From assembly GCF_009914755.1 (NCBI RefSeq), contig NC_060936.1: a stretch of DNA of 64,000 nucleotides, one strand, 5' to 3'. The notes beneath the pieces were generated by a model that worked only from the letters and a program-made list of their open reading frames with translations, had not been told where the DNA came from and made no database searches. Origin of the DNA: the human T2T-CHM13v2.0 reference genome, Homo sapiens. The first letter of the stretch is position 1. The number at the start of each line of letters is the position of its first letter. The position numbers and the translations under genes are program-made. Below, piece by piece: positions 49,902 to 63,335 of the stretch.

Positions 49902-52419
49902 CTTCTAGTGATATTTTGTCAAAAAGGTAAAATCAGATTCTCTGGTTACACAGAAAGAAGAGGGATATAAATGGCCACGAGGAAATATCACACTATTACC
50001 AATCCTACTCCCAAGCCCAATCCTGCCATGACAGACCCTACTATGGATGAGCACTGATATGATAAATGAGAGACAGAGGTGAATAAAAGGGAAAGTAGAA
50101 GCAGTCTCTATGTTGGGCACACTTATGCCAAGGGCATACCAGTCCCCAGAATTAGTTTCTAGTTCAGTTTCTAAGAAGATTATCAGTGACCTGATTGCTT
50201 GTTAGCAGTTGATCAACAAAAGCAATTTCTAGGAATCTTTCATATTCACTTCCTCCACTGTGGACCTATGTTAAGAAAAGGACCAAGCACCATTCACTGA
50301 TGAACAAATTATCCTATTATCTTGTGCTTACCAGATAAATGGAAAATTAAGAAGCTGAAGTCACCCACATTTACAGGTCTTTTAATAAAATCAGTTTCCT
50401 ATATCAATCCAGAAAGTAAGGATATGTTTCAGAACGTCTCTAAAATTCTCGTGCAGTGTGGAAGCGAGTGCCAAAATAATCCATAATGATGCATGTCACC
50501 TCACACTATGCTCTACAATGATCAAAAACCTAATTATTGAAACAAATCATTTTCTAAAGAGTAAAATGAATAAAGAATAAAACACTTTCAAAGTGAAAGG
50601 CAAGCCAGAAATCGTCAGCCAGACAATGAAGACTGAATTGAAAATAGGACAAGTTTTTCAAAGCTAATACATTTATTTAGAAAGTTCATCAAGTGTTCTA
50701 AAAAAAGAATTAATTTTCCTGCTTCCTTCTTCATTTAATGTAGCATCATCTCCTTAACAGAAATTGTACTGTTGCATGCAGCAAGGTCACCTACATGTTG
50801 AAAAAAATTATAAAATATAATTCTCAAACTGTATTTAACATGAATATGAGGTGATTAAAGTTGGCATTACATTCCAAAATATATCAAAAGTGAGATCAAG
50901 GAGTTCCAGTTCCAGGTAAGATGGAATAAACACATCCCACCTTGTTAATCTCACTGAATGAAACTACAAAATACTGACAGAATGAATGGAGCAGCTATAT
51001 GAAGACTCAGGAGTAAATAATAGCATATGGACTAGAGAAGACACCAGAATCTGATGCATCATCAAACTGTCAGTAAGTTTACCACCTTTTCTCCATCCAG
51101 AATCCCCTGGCCTGGGATTAATAAAGCCTGAAACCTAGAAAGTAGGCACTGGTAACAACAGAGAGCAAGCTCTAAGAGAATCCCTCTAAATATAAAGTGA
51201 GGTGGGTAAGGGGGAGGGGAGCTGGGGGTAAGGAGTGTCTCCTTCCTAATGTTCAGAAAGAGAGGGGGAAACTGCTCCTTTTTTTTTGTTTTCCCCCTTT
51301 CTCTGTTCCTCATGTCCCAATTCCCAAATGATCTGGTGATGGTAGTGGGTGCAACAGTGGCAGCAGCAGGAACCTAAAACTCTTAAGAAAAGAGAGAGAT
51401 GAACCATCCTCACCAAATAAAAAAACTCTGGGCCAATCTTGTTGACTTCTGTCTTCCTGTTACTTGGATCCAGACACAGTTACAGAAAATGGAGTAAATG
51501 AAAACCAATTTTCTGGCCAAAAGACAGAAAAGACTGTCCCAGGGATCTAGAAAATACCATGGATATAACAGAGAGAAAAGAACTCAAGAAAGTAACAGCT
51601 GTTTTTGAACTCCTAACTCACCCAAGCTGAACGTATGTGGATTTAAACCCAAGCAGCATACCACCGACTCTGAAAACTGAAATATAAGATAAACCTCCAC
51701 ACATGTCACAGACTGGCTACTGGGTAGCGCATATTGAAAAAGTATAAATAGTAATGTAAAGTTTTGAAAACAGAACTGAAGTTAAAAAACTACAACCTAC
51801 AGAAAGCTAATTGGAACTTGTGACCAACCTGAACCCAACTGGATCAACTGCCTGTAAAAATAAAAATATTGGCTGGGCACAGTGACTCAAGCATGTAATC
51901 CCAGCACTTTAAGAGGTCAAGATGGGAGGACTGCTTAAAGCTAGTAGTTAGAGACCAGTCTGGGCAACAAAGTGAGATCCTCTCTCTACAAAAAATAGAA
52001 AATAAAGTAGCCAAGCATAGTGGTGTGTCACTGTAGTCCCAGCTAATCAGGTGACTGGGGCAGGAGGATCCCTTGAGCCCAGGAGTTGAAGGATGAAGGA
52101 AAGTACAATCATGCCATGCACTTCAGCCTGGATGCGACAGCAAAACCCTGTCTCTTAAAAAAAAAAAAAAAAAAAAAATCCAAAAAACAAAAACAAAAAC
52201 ATCAACATTTTCCATAGCATTTAAACAAAAGACAAAGTTTTGTAACATAATATTCAAAATGTACAGAACACAATCCAAAATTACTTGGCATAGAGAGAGG
52301 TGGGAAAAATAACACTCTCATGGGAAAAGACAATTAAAAGAAAACACCACCAAGATGATACAGCTGGGTGAATTATCTAAAATGAATTACCTAACAAGCA
52401 GACAAAGATTTAAAGCCAG

Positions 52420-52580
52420 TATATATATATATATCGATATATATATATAGATATATATATAGATATATAGATATATATATAGATATATAGATATATATAT
52501 AGATATATAGATATATAGATATAGATATATAGATATATATATAGATATATAGATATATAGATATAGATATATAGATATAT
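52420..52580. repeat. Compound (TA)n/(TAGA)n microsatellite, ~160 bp
   Basis: Directly visible. Confidence 0.97.
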
Positions 52581-53535
52581 CCCAACAAGTATAAGCAAAT
52601 ACTTTTGAAACAAATGGAAAGCCAAAAGATCACAGCAAACAAACAGAAGACATAAAGAACAACCAAATGGAAACCAACAAAAAGTGAAAACGGAAATAAA
52701 AATACACTGAATAGACTCAACAGAAGAATGGAAATAAAAGAGTAAAGAGTCAGTAAACTTGAAGATAAACCACTAGAAATTACCCAACCTAAAAAACAAA
52801 GAGAAAAACATTGAAAAAAAAATATTAAAGGCTTAGGGACCTGTGAGGCAGTACCAAAAACCCAACATTCACATCAAGAATGCAAGAAAAGGAAAATCAC
52901 TGCAGAAAAGAAGAAAAAAGAAAGTAGAAAGAAGAAGAAAAAGAAGAAGAAGAAGAAATAATGGGTGGAAACTTCCTGAAATTTGGTGAAAGGCATAAAC
53001 TGCTACATTTAAGAAGTTCTCAAAACCTCAGACAGAATAATCCCAATGAAATCCATGCCTGGACACACATCAGAGTCAAGCTACTGAAAGTTACAAAGGA
53101 AAACCTTGAAAGCACCCAGAAAAAACAATGATGCATTACTTACGAGGGGGAGGGAGTTTAATGATTTGAATCACCGGTGATTTCTTATCAGAAACCATGC
53201 AAGTCAGAAGAAAGGGGAACAACATCCTTCAAATGCTAAAATGGAAAAGAACTGTAAACCTAAAATCCTCTATCTAGTGAAAATATCCTTCAGGAATGAA
53301 TGTGAAACAAAAGGTATTCAAAGTGGAAGAAAAATGATGAGAATTCTTTTCCAGCTCTAAAAAAATTCTTAAATGAAGTTGTGTCAGAAGAAAAACAATG
53401 TTAGGAATGATGGAAGATCAACAGAAACAGTAAATGCCTGAGCAAACATAGTTAACTATTCTCATCTTGAATTCTTTAAAATAGGTTTGGCATTAAAGCA
53501 AATATTTATAACACTTTCTGATAAGATTTCCAATA

Positions 53536-55634
53536 CAGGCATATATACCTCAAAGACATCATGGGTCTAGGTCCAGACCGGAGTAATAAAACAATATTGC
53601 AATAAAGCAAGTCACACAAAATTTTTGGTTTCCTAGTATATATGTTTATATTATACTGTAGTCCATGAAGTGTGCAACAGCATTATGTCTAGAAACTGTA
53701 CATACTTGATTTAAAAATACCTTATTGCTAAAAATGCTAACAATCATCTCAGCAAGGCTTCAGCAAGTCATAATCTTTTTGATGGTGGAGGGTCTTGCTT
53801 TGATGTTGATGGTTGCTGACTAATCACAGGATGGTAGTTGCTGAAGGGCAGGGTTGGCTGTGGCAATTCCTTAAAATGAGATAACATTCAAGTATGCCAC
53901 ACTGACACTCCTTTCACAAAAAATTTCTCTGTGTACAAGATGCTATTTGACAGCATTTTATCCACAGCAGAATGTCTTTCAAAATTGGAGTTAATCCTCT
54001 CAAACTCTGCCACTGTGTTATCAACTAAGTTTATATACTATTTTAACAATGTTCACATCTTCAGCAAGAGCACATTCCATCTCAAGAAACCACATTCTTT
54101 GTTCATCCCTAAGAAACAACTCTTCATTCAAAATTTATCATAAAATTGCAGCAATTCAGTCATGTCTTCAGGCTCCACTTCTAATTCTATAATAGTTCTC
54201 CTGCTGTTTATACCACACCTGTAATAGTTACTTCCTCCACACAAGTTTTGAATCCCTAAAAGTCATCCATGAGGGTTGGAATCAACTTCTTCACAATCCT
54301 GTTCATATTTTAACCTCCTTCTATGAATTACGAATGTTCTTTATGGCATCTAGAATGGTGAATCCTTTCCATTACTTTGCCCATATCCATCCAAGAAATC
54401 ACTGTCTGAAGCAGCTGTAGCCTTATGAAATGTATTTCTAACAGAATAAGACTTAACAGTCAAAATTACTTCTTGATCACTGGGTTGAAAAATGGATGTT
54501 GTGTTAGCAGGCATGGCAACATTTATCTCCGTGTATTTCCATCAGAGTTCTTGGATGGCTACGTGCACTGTCAATAAGTAAGTACTATGTTGAAAGGAAT
54601 CTTTTTATCTGAGCATTTGGTCTCAACAGTGAGCTCAAAATATTCAGTAAACCATGCTGTAAACGGATGTGCTGTCATCCAAGCTTTGTTGTTCCATTTA
54701 TAGAGCACAGAGTAGATTCAGTATAATTCTTAAGAGTCCTGGAATTTTCAGAACGGTCAGTGAGCACTGGTTTATAAATTTATAGTCACCAGCTGCATTA
54801 GCCCCTAACAAGACAGTCAGCCTGTCCTTGGAAGCTTTGAAGCCAGGCATTGACTTCTCCTCTCTACTTATGAAAGTCCTGGATGGCATCTACTTTCAAT
54901 AGAAGGCTGGCTCATCTGCATTAAAAATCTTTTGTTTAGTATAGCCACTTTCATCAATGATGTTAGCTAGGTCTTCTGGATAACCTGATGCAGCTTCCGC
55001 ATCACCACTTGCTGCTTCGCCTTGCACTTTTATGTTATGGAGATGGCTTCTTTCCTTAAACTTCATGAACCAACCTCTGCTAGCTTCAAACTTTTCTTCT
55101 GCAGCTTCCTTATCCCTCTCAGACTTCACTGGCTTGAAGAGCGTTAGAGACGCGCTCTGGATTAGGCTTTGAGTTAAGAGAATGTTACGACTGGTTTGAC
55201 CTTCTACCCAGATCAGGCAAACTTTCTTCATATCAGTGACAAGGCTGTTTGGTCTAATTTCAATACTGTTGAGAAACAGGGAGGTCCAAGGAGAAGGGGA
55301 GAGATGAGAGAACAGCTGGTCAGTGGAGCAGTCAGCACACAGGCAAACATAAGTTACCTGTCTTATATGGGCGCTCTTCGTGGTGCCCCAAAATAATTAC
55401 AATAATAACACTAAAGATCACTGATCACATATCACAACAGATATAATAATAACAAAGATATTTGAAATACTGTGAGAATTACCAAAATGTGAAAGAAACA
55501 TGAAGTAAACACAAGTTGTTGGAAAAACGGTGGCAAACCTGCTTGATGCAGAATTGCCACAATCTTCAATTTGTAAAATATGCAGTATCTACAAAACACA
55601 ATAAACTGAACTGCAATAAAAAGAGGTATGCCTA
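53536..55634 (-). mobile_element. Near full-length Tigger1 (pogo/Tc1-mariner) with a broken transposase
   Basis: TIRs caggcat... / ...gaggtatgcct, TA TSDs. ORF fragments 54896..55231 ([23 protein letters not shown]-like) and 54698..54889 (MPSRTFISREEKSMPGFKASKDRLT, DDE_1-like). Confidence 0.93.
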
Positions 55635-58384
55635 TATGTGTACATTTAACACAAGATAACTGCAACATAAAGGGGGAAAGGTAAAGGGACATACATGGTG
55701 GTAAGACCTCTATTTCACTTCAAGTGGTAAAATATCAATTCTAAGTAGACTAAAATTTTAAGTATGTATAATTCTTAGAGCTACCACTAAAAACATTAGT
55801 CAACGTCTTGTGTCATTCCACCTTCATTTCAAGAAGGGTGAGTAAAGTACAGTAAGATATTTTGAGAGAGCCCACATTCACATAACTTTTATTACAGTAT
55901 ATTGTTATAATTGTTCTATTATTTGTTATTGTTAATCTTTTCTGCACCTAATTTATAAGTTAAACTTTATCATGAGTATGTACATATAGGAAAAAACATG
56001 ATAGACATAGAGTTTGGTACTATCTGTAGTTTCAGGCATCTACTTGAAATATATCCCACATGGAAAAGGGGTAACTACTATACCCAGTTCCCTTCAAATC
56101 AGTCCAAGTTGGCCAGTTAAAATGGAATACTAAAAAAATGTTCAAATAACCCAAAGAAGGAAGTTACAGAGGAACAAAAACAGAGGGAACAAACAGAAAA
56201 TAGACTTGAACCCAAACATATCCATATTTAAAATATGTGAGATGTAGCAAAAGCACTATAGTATTAAATTTCTTCTATCAGAAAAGGTCTCAAATCAGTA
56301 ATTTAAACTTGCACCTTAAACTAAAAAAGGAGCAAAGTATATACAAAACTGGCAGAAGGAAGAAAATAAAGGAACAGAAATCAATGAAATTGGAAACAGA
56401 AAAACAGATAAAAATCAATGAGACCAAAAGCTCATTCTTTGAAAAGATCAATAAAATTTAAACCTCTTGCCAGACTGATGATGTAGATAGCCTGAATAGC
56501 CTTAGGACTATTTGAAGAAATTGAATTTGTAGTTAAAAGCCTTCCAAAAAAGAAACCTCGAGGCCCACATAATTTCCCTGGTGAATTCTAAGAAATATTT
56601 AAAGGAGAAATAACACCAAATCAACACAATCTCTTCCAGAAAATGGAAGATGAACACTTCCCAAATCATTTTATGAATCCAGCATTATCCTCATGCAAAA
56701 AAAAAATAGTACATGAAAAGAACAAATTTATATTCTGCTCCTCATCAAAACAAAAACTATGGTACATTCAATCATATAATGAAATACTGCTCAGCAATAA
56801 AAAGGAATGAACTAGCATTTCATTCAACAAATTGTATGCATCTTAAAGGCATTCTATTTTGTGAAAGAAGCCAGTCTCAAAAGGCAACATATTCTAGAAT
56901 TGCATTTACATGCAAACCTATAGTGATGAAGAACTTGTTAGCAGTTACCTGGGTTAGGGGAATGTATGACAACACAGTTTTTGGCGGGGGTGGGATGATA
57001 GAACCATTGCAAATCTTGACTGTAGTGGTAATACAGATCTATACATGTATTAAAACTCACAGAACTATACACCTCAAAAAGCTCAATTTTACTGTATATA
57101 ATAAAAGTTAAACTTTCTTAAAAAGACTAACATGAGAGCAATTTTTTGAAAATATTATGAACTAAAATATAAATTGTTAACATTTTCAGGAAAGGCACTT
57201 TTTCACTGTCAACTTCATAGTTTCAGTTGTTCCAATTCTTATAACTACTGCCAACACAGAAGGCACCCAAATTATACTGCCACAAGATGAGCTTGGGAGG
57301 GGGTGTTTGAATGTTTTATCTCTGCTTTCTCCATTTCTTCAGCACTGACAGTTCTGAGAGACAACAGATATCTATAACCTGTACAGACACAGAGATTAAA
57401 AACAACAGGCTCAATTTAACAACTGCACTAAATTCTAAGGCAGAGTTGCAGAAACAGATCAGTTCCAAAACCCTAATGATAGCATGGGTGATCACCAAAA
57501 GAAGACATCTATTATGACTCCCAGTTAGGTTACACTCTTATGTGACAGTCATCCACTCTATGGGAAGAATATATTTACAACGCAGTACTTTATTTAAGAA
57601 AATACAAATGAGTGCCTTTTATGTGCCTGGATAGTTTACCATGAGAGTCTGAAAAATCATCAAATGACAGGCTTCCATTACTTCTCCAAATAAGAAACAA
57701 CTGTAAACAGTAGCATATGTCCTTTGATAACTTCAATATATTTATGCAATTGTTGTCTAATAACCCCACCCCTGCTTAAGTTATGGAGGACAGAACACAA
57801 AGAGTTGGTTACACAATCTTCATTTATCCTCAAGATTCTCATCCCCATTTACTGAAGTACAATGACATAACTAATTTATATGCTAAGGGCAAACCTAAAG
57901 CTCTCTTATATTTATTTCCGCCAGGCAATTTCTGAATGCCTGTTACAGGTACTTTTAAGGGATGAGTTATACATTTGGAAAAGTAGAGTTTACACGTAGA
58001 AAACTAAACTTTATGCCTATTAGTGACAAAAAGCAAAAGAGCAGTGAGATGTTACAGACTCATTTTACAACCAAACTTCCCAAGAAGACTACAGGAGCAC
58101 TTGGGTCAACAGCACTGTATTTTCACATCTGGGAGGCAGAATAACAAAGAGAAGAAAGGCATCTTGGATGGACGTATGGAAGTAGAGGAAGAACTGGTGA
58201 ATTTTTATCCTTTTAAGAAAAACAGGAAAACTGTCAACTATATTTTTACTTCAACACTTGGTGTACCCTGGAAAGACTTCTGAGCAGAAATGACAATGCC
58301 TGTCCATCTACTCACCTCCCAAAAAAGGGAGATGGGAAAATTGTGTAGGGCACAGAAAATACTTGCAAATAATAAAGAAAGCTC

Positions 58385-58846
58385 TCTTAGTTCATTTGTG
58401 CTGCTGTACAAAAACAAACAACAAATAAAAACAAACAAACAAACAAAAGACACTTGAGACAGTTAATTTATAAAAAATAGAAATTTCTCACACAGTTGTG
58501 GAGGCTAAGAAGTCTAAGATCAAGGCATCAGCAGGTTCAGTGCCTGGTGAGGATCCGGTCCCTGCTTCCAAGATGGCACCTGTTACTGCATCTTCAAGTA
58601 TTAGGTGGTGGGGCTTTTAGGAGGTGATTAGGCTGTGAGGGCTATGCCCTCATGGATGGAATTAGTGCCTTATAAAAGGGCCCTGTTAGTTCTCTCCAGC
58701 CCTTATAGAAGGCACTAATTCCATCCATGAGGGCAGAGCCCTCACAGCCTAATCACCTCCTAAAAGCCCCACCACTTAATACTGTTGCATTCAGGATTAA
58801 GTTTCAACATGAATTTTGGAGAGGGCATAAACATTGAAACCACAGA
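58385..58846 (+). mobile_element. MaLR solo LTR (MST/MLT1A-like) with an internal inverted duplication
   Basis: ttagttcatttgtgctgct start, aagtctaagatcaagg, aagtttcaacatgaattttgg end. Confidence 0.85.
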
Positions 58847-61164
58847 AAAATCCTAAGAGTTAAAGGGGGAGAATTAGTGAAAATAAATGACCACATAAAA
58901 ATGCTTGTCACAGAAAAATGAGAATGGATTTAATAGGAAAAAAGGGATGATGTTCAAAACACTGCTTCTGAAATTCTACCCCGTTCTGTTTAAACAAGAT
59001 TTTTAAAACTTTACAGAGTTTCAATTCCAGAAATTAGTTTATTTTGCACAAATGCTGAAAGTTACTCTTTCGTTGGTTTCTTGAGAACTGATCACTTTCT
59101 TCATACTAATCCCTTACAAATTGGTACAAGTAGTTATTATAAAACCAAGACAGAAAAAAGCAATTATCTTGCACAGTGTAAACAGGACATCTACTCTTTT
59201 CTCTAGCTATGCCTATTATCTGAATTTCTTAAACACAAACTCATCCTTCTAGGTATCTCAGAGATAAGTACAATTATGTTACATAAATGTATATGTATCA
59301 ATGTGCCCTCATATGAATATTTTACACATAATTTAAAGAAGCATTTCACAATCCTACTCCTATGAAATACAACTCTAACCCAGATACCGATTGTATTACA
59401 TACTATGCAAACTTAAAATTAAAAAAAAAAAAATTCTGCCACATTAGCATAAGGCATGAATAGATATTGGGATTCTTTCCTAAATGTAATCATATCACAA
59501 ATGCTACAAATGCCCATAACCTAGATTTTTGTGTAAGCGTTTCATATTATTTTTGGCTACTACTTTCTAACAGGTCACGAATGATCTCATTTAACTTTTA
59601 TAGAACCTGGTGAAAGAGGCATCTCAATTTTACATACAATGAAAATAAGTAACATGCCCAAGATCGAAAAGCCAGCATTAAGTAGTAGGACTGGAACCCA
59701 TTAGCAATTTACCAACAAATAACACAAATATTAATCCAAGTCACCAGAAATCATGAGTATTCAAACAACAAGAAGTGGTAACATTCTTAATGATTCAAAT
59801 GACTGCAAAAATGTTAAGCTTTTAACCTGCCTTCTTTATCACTATATTACTAGGATCCAACAGCATGCCTTCAAAGGAATGCCCAATTATTTATGGATAT
59901 GTTTAGCAACCATAGCACATGTTATTTGTCAGGCATGATTCTAAACACACTTAGTCCCTCTCTCTACATATATTAACAAACCACTATGATCTTGAGAGAT
60001 TAACTTCATTTTACAGTGATACTGTCATTACCCCCATTTTATTGTGGAAACACCTAGCAAGTGATGGAGCTGGGACTGAAATTCAGATAATCAGGCTCCC
60101 TTATGCTCTTAACCATTGACACTAAACGGCCTAATACACAAAAGGATCTCTATAAGGGTCATAAGTTACCCAACAACTCACCTGAACATCATATCCTTAC
60201 AGTATTTATGTAACTAATTAAGTAACATTTATCTGAGTCCAGTGGTAATAAATAGCAGCTAACTCTATGTTCCATTCTCTTAAATTAGCTCTATTTAGTG
60301 AGTGACTCTCATGCCCTTTTAGTGCAAAGAACCTGAGAGTAGAATAACTGGATTAAGACTGTCCTGCTCCACCAGGTTCCAAAATACCTGTGTTTGGGAG
60401 GAGTGTTCCTCCTCCCAAAATACACTAATAGGAAAAACTAAACTGATATTAGTAAGATACTAGTTATCAATGTCTTAGGACATAACCTAATATATCACAT
60501 CATTTAGAATAGTTTGTTTTAGGGAAACAGGGCAGGTGATTTATAAATTAACAAAATAAAGAAATATTGTCAAAGAGTATATATAGTTGGTTTTTGGAAG
60601 AGACAACTCAGACCAAAATAATGCTGTTAGAGATTGAGTGATATTCGGATTATCACCTAAATGTAATCTTATTATAAATGCTACAAACTGCCAACTACCT
60701 TTTCAAGTGAAATTTCTAACTGGCCAGTCTTCTGCTATGTTCACCATGACTAACACAGGATATGATTTGTTCGACACCATAAAAGTATATCAGTAAGACA
60801 TGTTAATGAGAAAGGAAACAGGGATGAAGAGTCAAAAACGATGAATGAACTCATCCCTAAAACAAACTATTCTAAATGATGTGATGATGTAGAGAACAGT
60901 CTTACAAATCCATGCCAAAGAAATAACCCTGATATTAATCCAAGTCCCTTAAAGTTGTATCAAAATAATCTCTAAACAAATAGCCCCTTACAGCTCTGAG
61001 ATTCCTGTCTCCCAAAAAGATCCAAAAACCGAAACATCATTCTCCCATTTTCTGAGGAATAAATATAATCCGTCATCCTTGAATAAATACGTTTTTGTTT
61101 TTTATCTCATTTCCCCAAGTTATTCTAGTTACAGATTAACTCTAGACTGTTCACCTATCTCTAA

Positions 61165-62255
61165 CAAAAATTTAAAAAATTAGCCGAGTGTGGTGGCATG
61201 CCTGTAGTACTAGGTACTCTGGAGGCTAAGGCAGGAGGATTACTTGAGCCCAGGAGGTTAAGGTTGCAGGGAACTATGGCCATCCCATAGCATTCCAGCC
61301 AGGGGACAGAGTGAGACCTTGTCTCTCCCCATACCTCCCAAAAAAGGAAGAAAATAGAGGAACAAACATTATTATATTAAATGTAAATAATGTAAATAAT
61401 CGTGCACACCAATTAAAAGAGATTATCAAACTGGATTTTAAAGAAAGACTGAATTATATGCCTGTCTACAAGAAACTCCCTTTAAAAATAAAGATAGGTT
61501 AAACATATAGAACAAGATATGCCAAATAATGCAAACAATAATAAACGATGGTTGGAATGGCTATATTAATATGAACTATATTTTAAACCTTTTTAAAGAG
61601 TCTAAGTGGATTTGTTTACCCTCCATTCAGTTTTAATTATATCTAGTTCTGTGGCAGTTTTGAAACAATGAAGCTATTTCGTTTCATCCATCTCCCTCAT
61701 ATTACTCAAGCTGATGTCTTAAGTAACTGGACATGCACAACAGTTTCTAAAGAAATATGACCTATTACATTAAAACTGTCCTATCTGAAGGGTTTTCTAT
61801 GATGAAGTTTTCAGGTGAGTGATAGCTTATAAATTTTTTGAGTCATTAATATTTATTCCCCATTATAACAGCTTACAGAATCATTCTTCTTGACAAGCCA
61901 TCTAGGCATACAAAATAGTGCTATACGTATATTTACATTAAAAAATCACCTATCGGGGCCGGGTACAGTGGCTCATGACTGTAATCCCAGCAATTCAGGA
62001 GGCCAAGGCGGGCAGATCACTTGAGGTCAGGAGTTCGAGATCAGCCTGACCAACATGGTGAAACCGTTTCTACTAAAAATACAAAAATTAGCCGGGTGTA
62101 GTGGTACACGCCTGTAATCCTAGCTACTCAGGAGACTGAGGCAGGAGAATTGCTTGAACTTGGGAAGCAAAGGTTACAGTGAACCGAGATTGTACCACTG
62201 CACTCCAGCCTGGGTGACAGAATGAGACTGTGTCTCAAAACAAACCAAACAAAAC
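61165..62255 (+). mobile_element. Partial AluJ (61165-61325) and AluS (61957-62255)
   Basis: Alu consensus. Confidence 0.88.
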
Positions 62256-63271
62256 CTATCATTTGTAGACTGTTTCATTGATCCCAGAGAATTTTTATAA
62301 CAGTGTTGTTTTGGCCGCTGTCTTTCATGTTTGTACTTCTGTTTTGGTTTACTTTAAGCTGCTAAATAACTACTGTGGTCAGGGTACTGAGCCTGGTATT
62401 GGAATATAAAGACGGATTAAGATACTGTATCACTTCCCGGTACAAGGAGTAGACTTGGAGACATAGGATACAGAAGATGAACAAGATAGCATATGCCAAG
62501 TGCCAAATGTGAGAAATAGGCAAAGAGTTTCTAAGACATTTTTTTAAATGTACCAGTGGGGGAGTAACTAACGACTGAGGCAAGTAAAGAAAAATAATGA
62601 TAATAAAGTGCAAAAAGTTAATGTTCTTAAGTCCAATTAGGACTTACGTTGTGTTTCCTTAGGTGGACTTCAAGTCTATCTCTCTCCCATTTATTTGTTT
62701 TGAAAGTGGTTTATAAGATGTTTAAATTGGGGATTTTGAGCTTAATGTAGTAGCAGAAAGGTGGCAGTGGTGGAGAGATGGAAAGTACGAGAAACTAGTT
62801 AGGAGAAAATGGAAAGAAGACTAGATATCAAAAAAGAAGGCCTGATTAGGACTAAGCTCCCCTAGGGCACAGACCTAATAGACACATAGATATCAACAAA
62901 CCTGGAGTTCAGAACTATGGGTAGAGTGAATGCCTACAATATACTACGTAATGAACTACACATTCTGGCATGCCTTTCCACATTTAATCCTCAAAATACC
63001 AGAACACGATACATTTAAAAAATTAAAACACCGTCAATACTGAACAACAGAACACTGCATTAAAAAGGCTTAAAAATCACCCACTAAACAAAGCTAACTT
63101 AAGAGTATGAACAGAGACAGAGTTAGCTGCTATTACCACTGGACTTAGATAAATGTTATTAAAAAATTAGGTGAGGAAATTGAGATACTGATTAGATCAC
63201 CTATAAAAGGTGACAATCAGTCATCTAGGACAACCAGAGTTCAAAACCAGGTCTGACTGACTCCTAAACCT

Positions 63272-63274
<3 letters not shown>

Positions 63275-63333
<59 letters not shown>
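63275..63333. repeat. (AC)~29 microsatellite
   Basis: Uninterrupted AC run. Confidence 0.98.

Positions 63334-63335
<2 letters not shown>

Larger units (their letters stand above)
50890..57110 (+). mobile_element. Fragmented L1M (L1MC-like) element interrupted by an AluJ (51871-52200), a microsatellite, Tigger1 and a MER44-containing insert
   Basis: ORF1-like, ORF2-like (INETKSSFFEKINKI, 56237 ORF) and 3'UTR motifs occur in the expected order. Confidence 0.75.

Noticed and set aside
52391-52720. Hydrophobic YIYI-rich ORFs
   Set aside because: Translation of the (TA)n/(TAGA)n microsatellite.
54698-55231. TIGD1-like domesticated transposase gene
   Set aside because: Fragmented by stops and frameshifts inside a TIR-bounded Tigger1 fossil.
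56237-57111. 74-aa and 132-aa ORFs
   Set aside because: Decayed L1 ORF2 and 3'UTR sequence.
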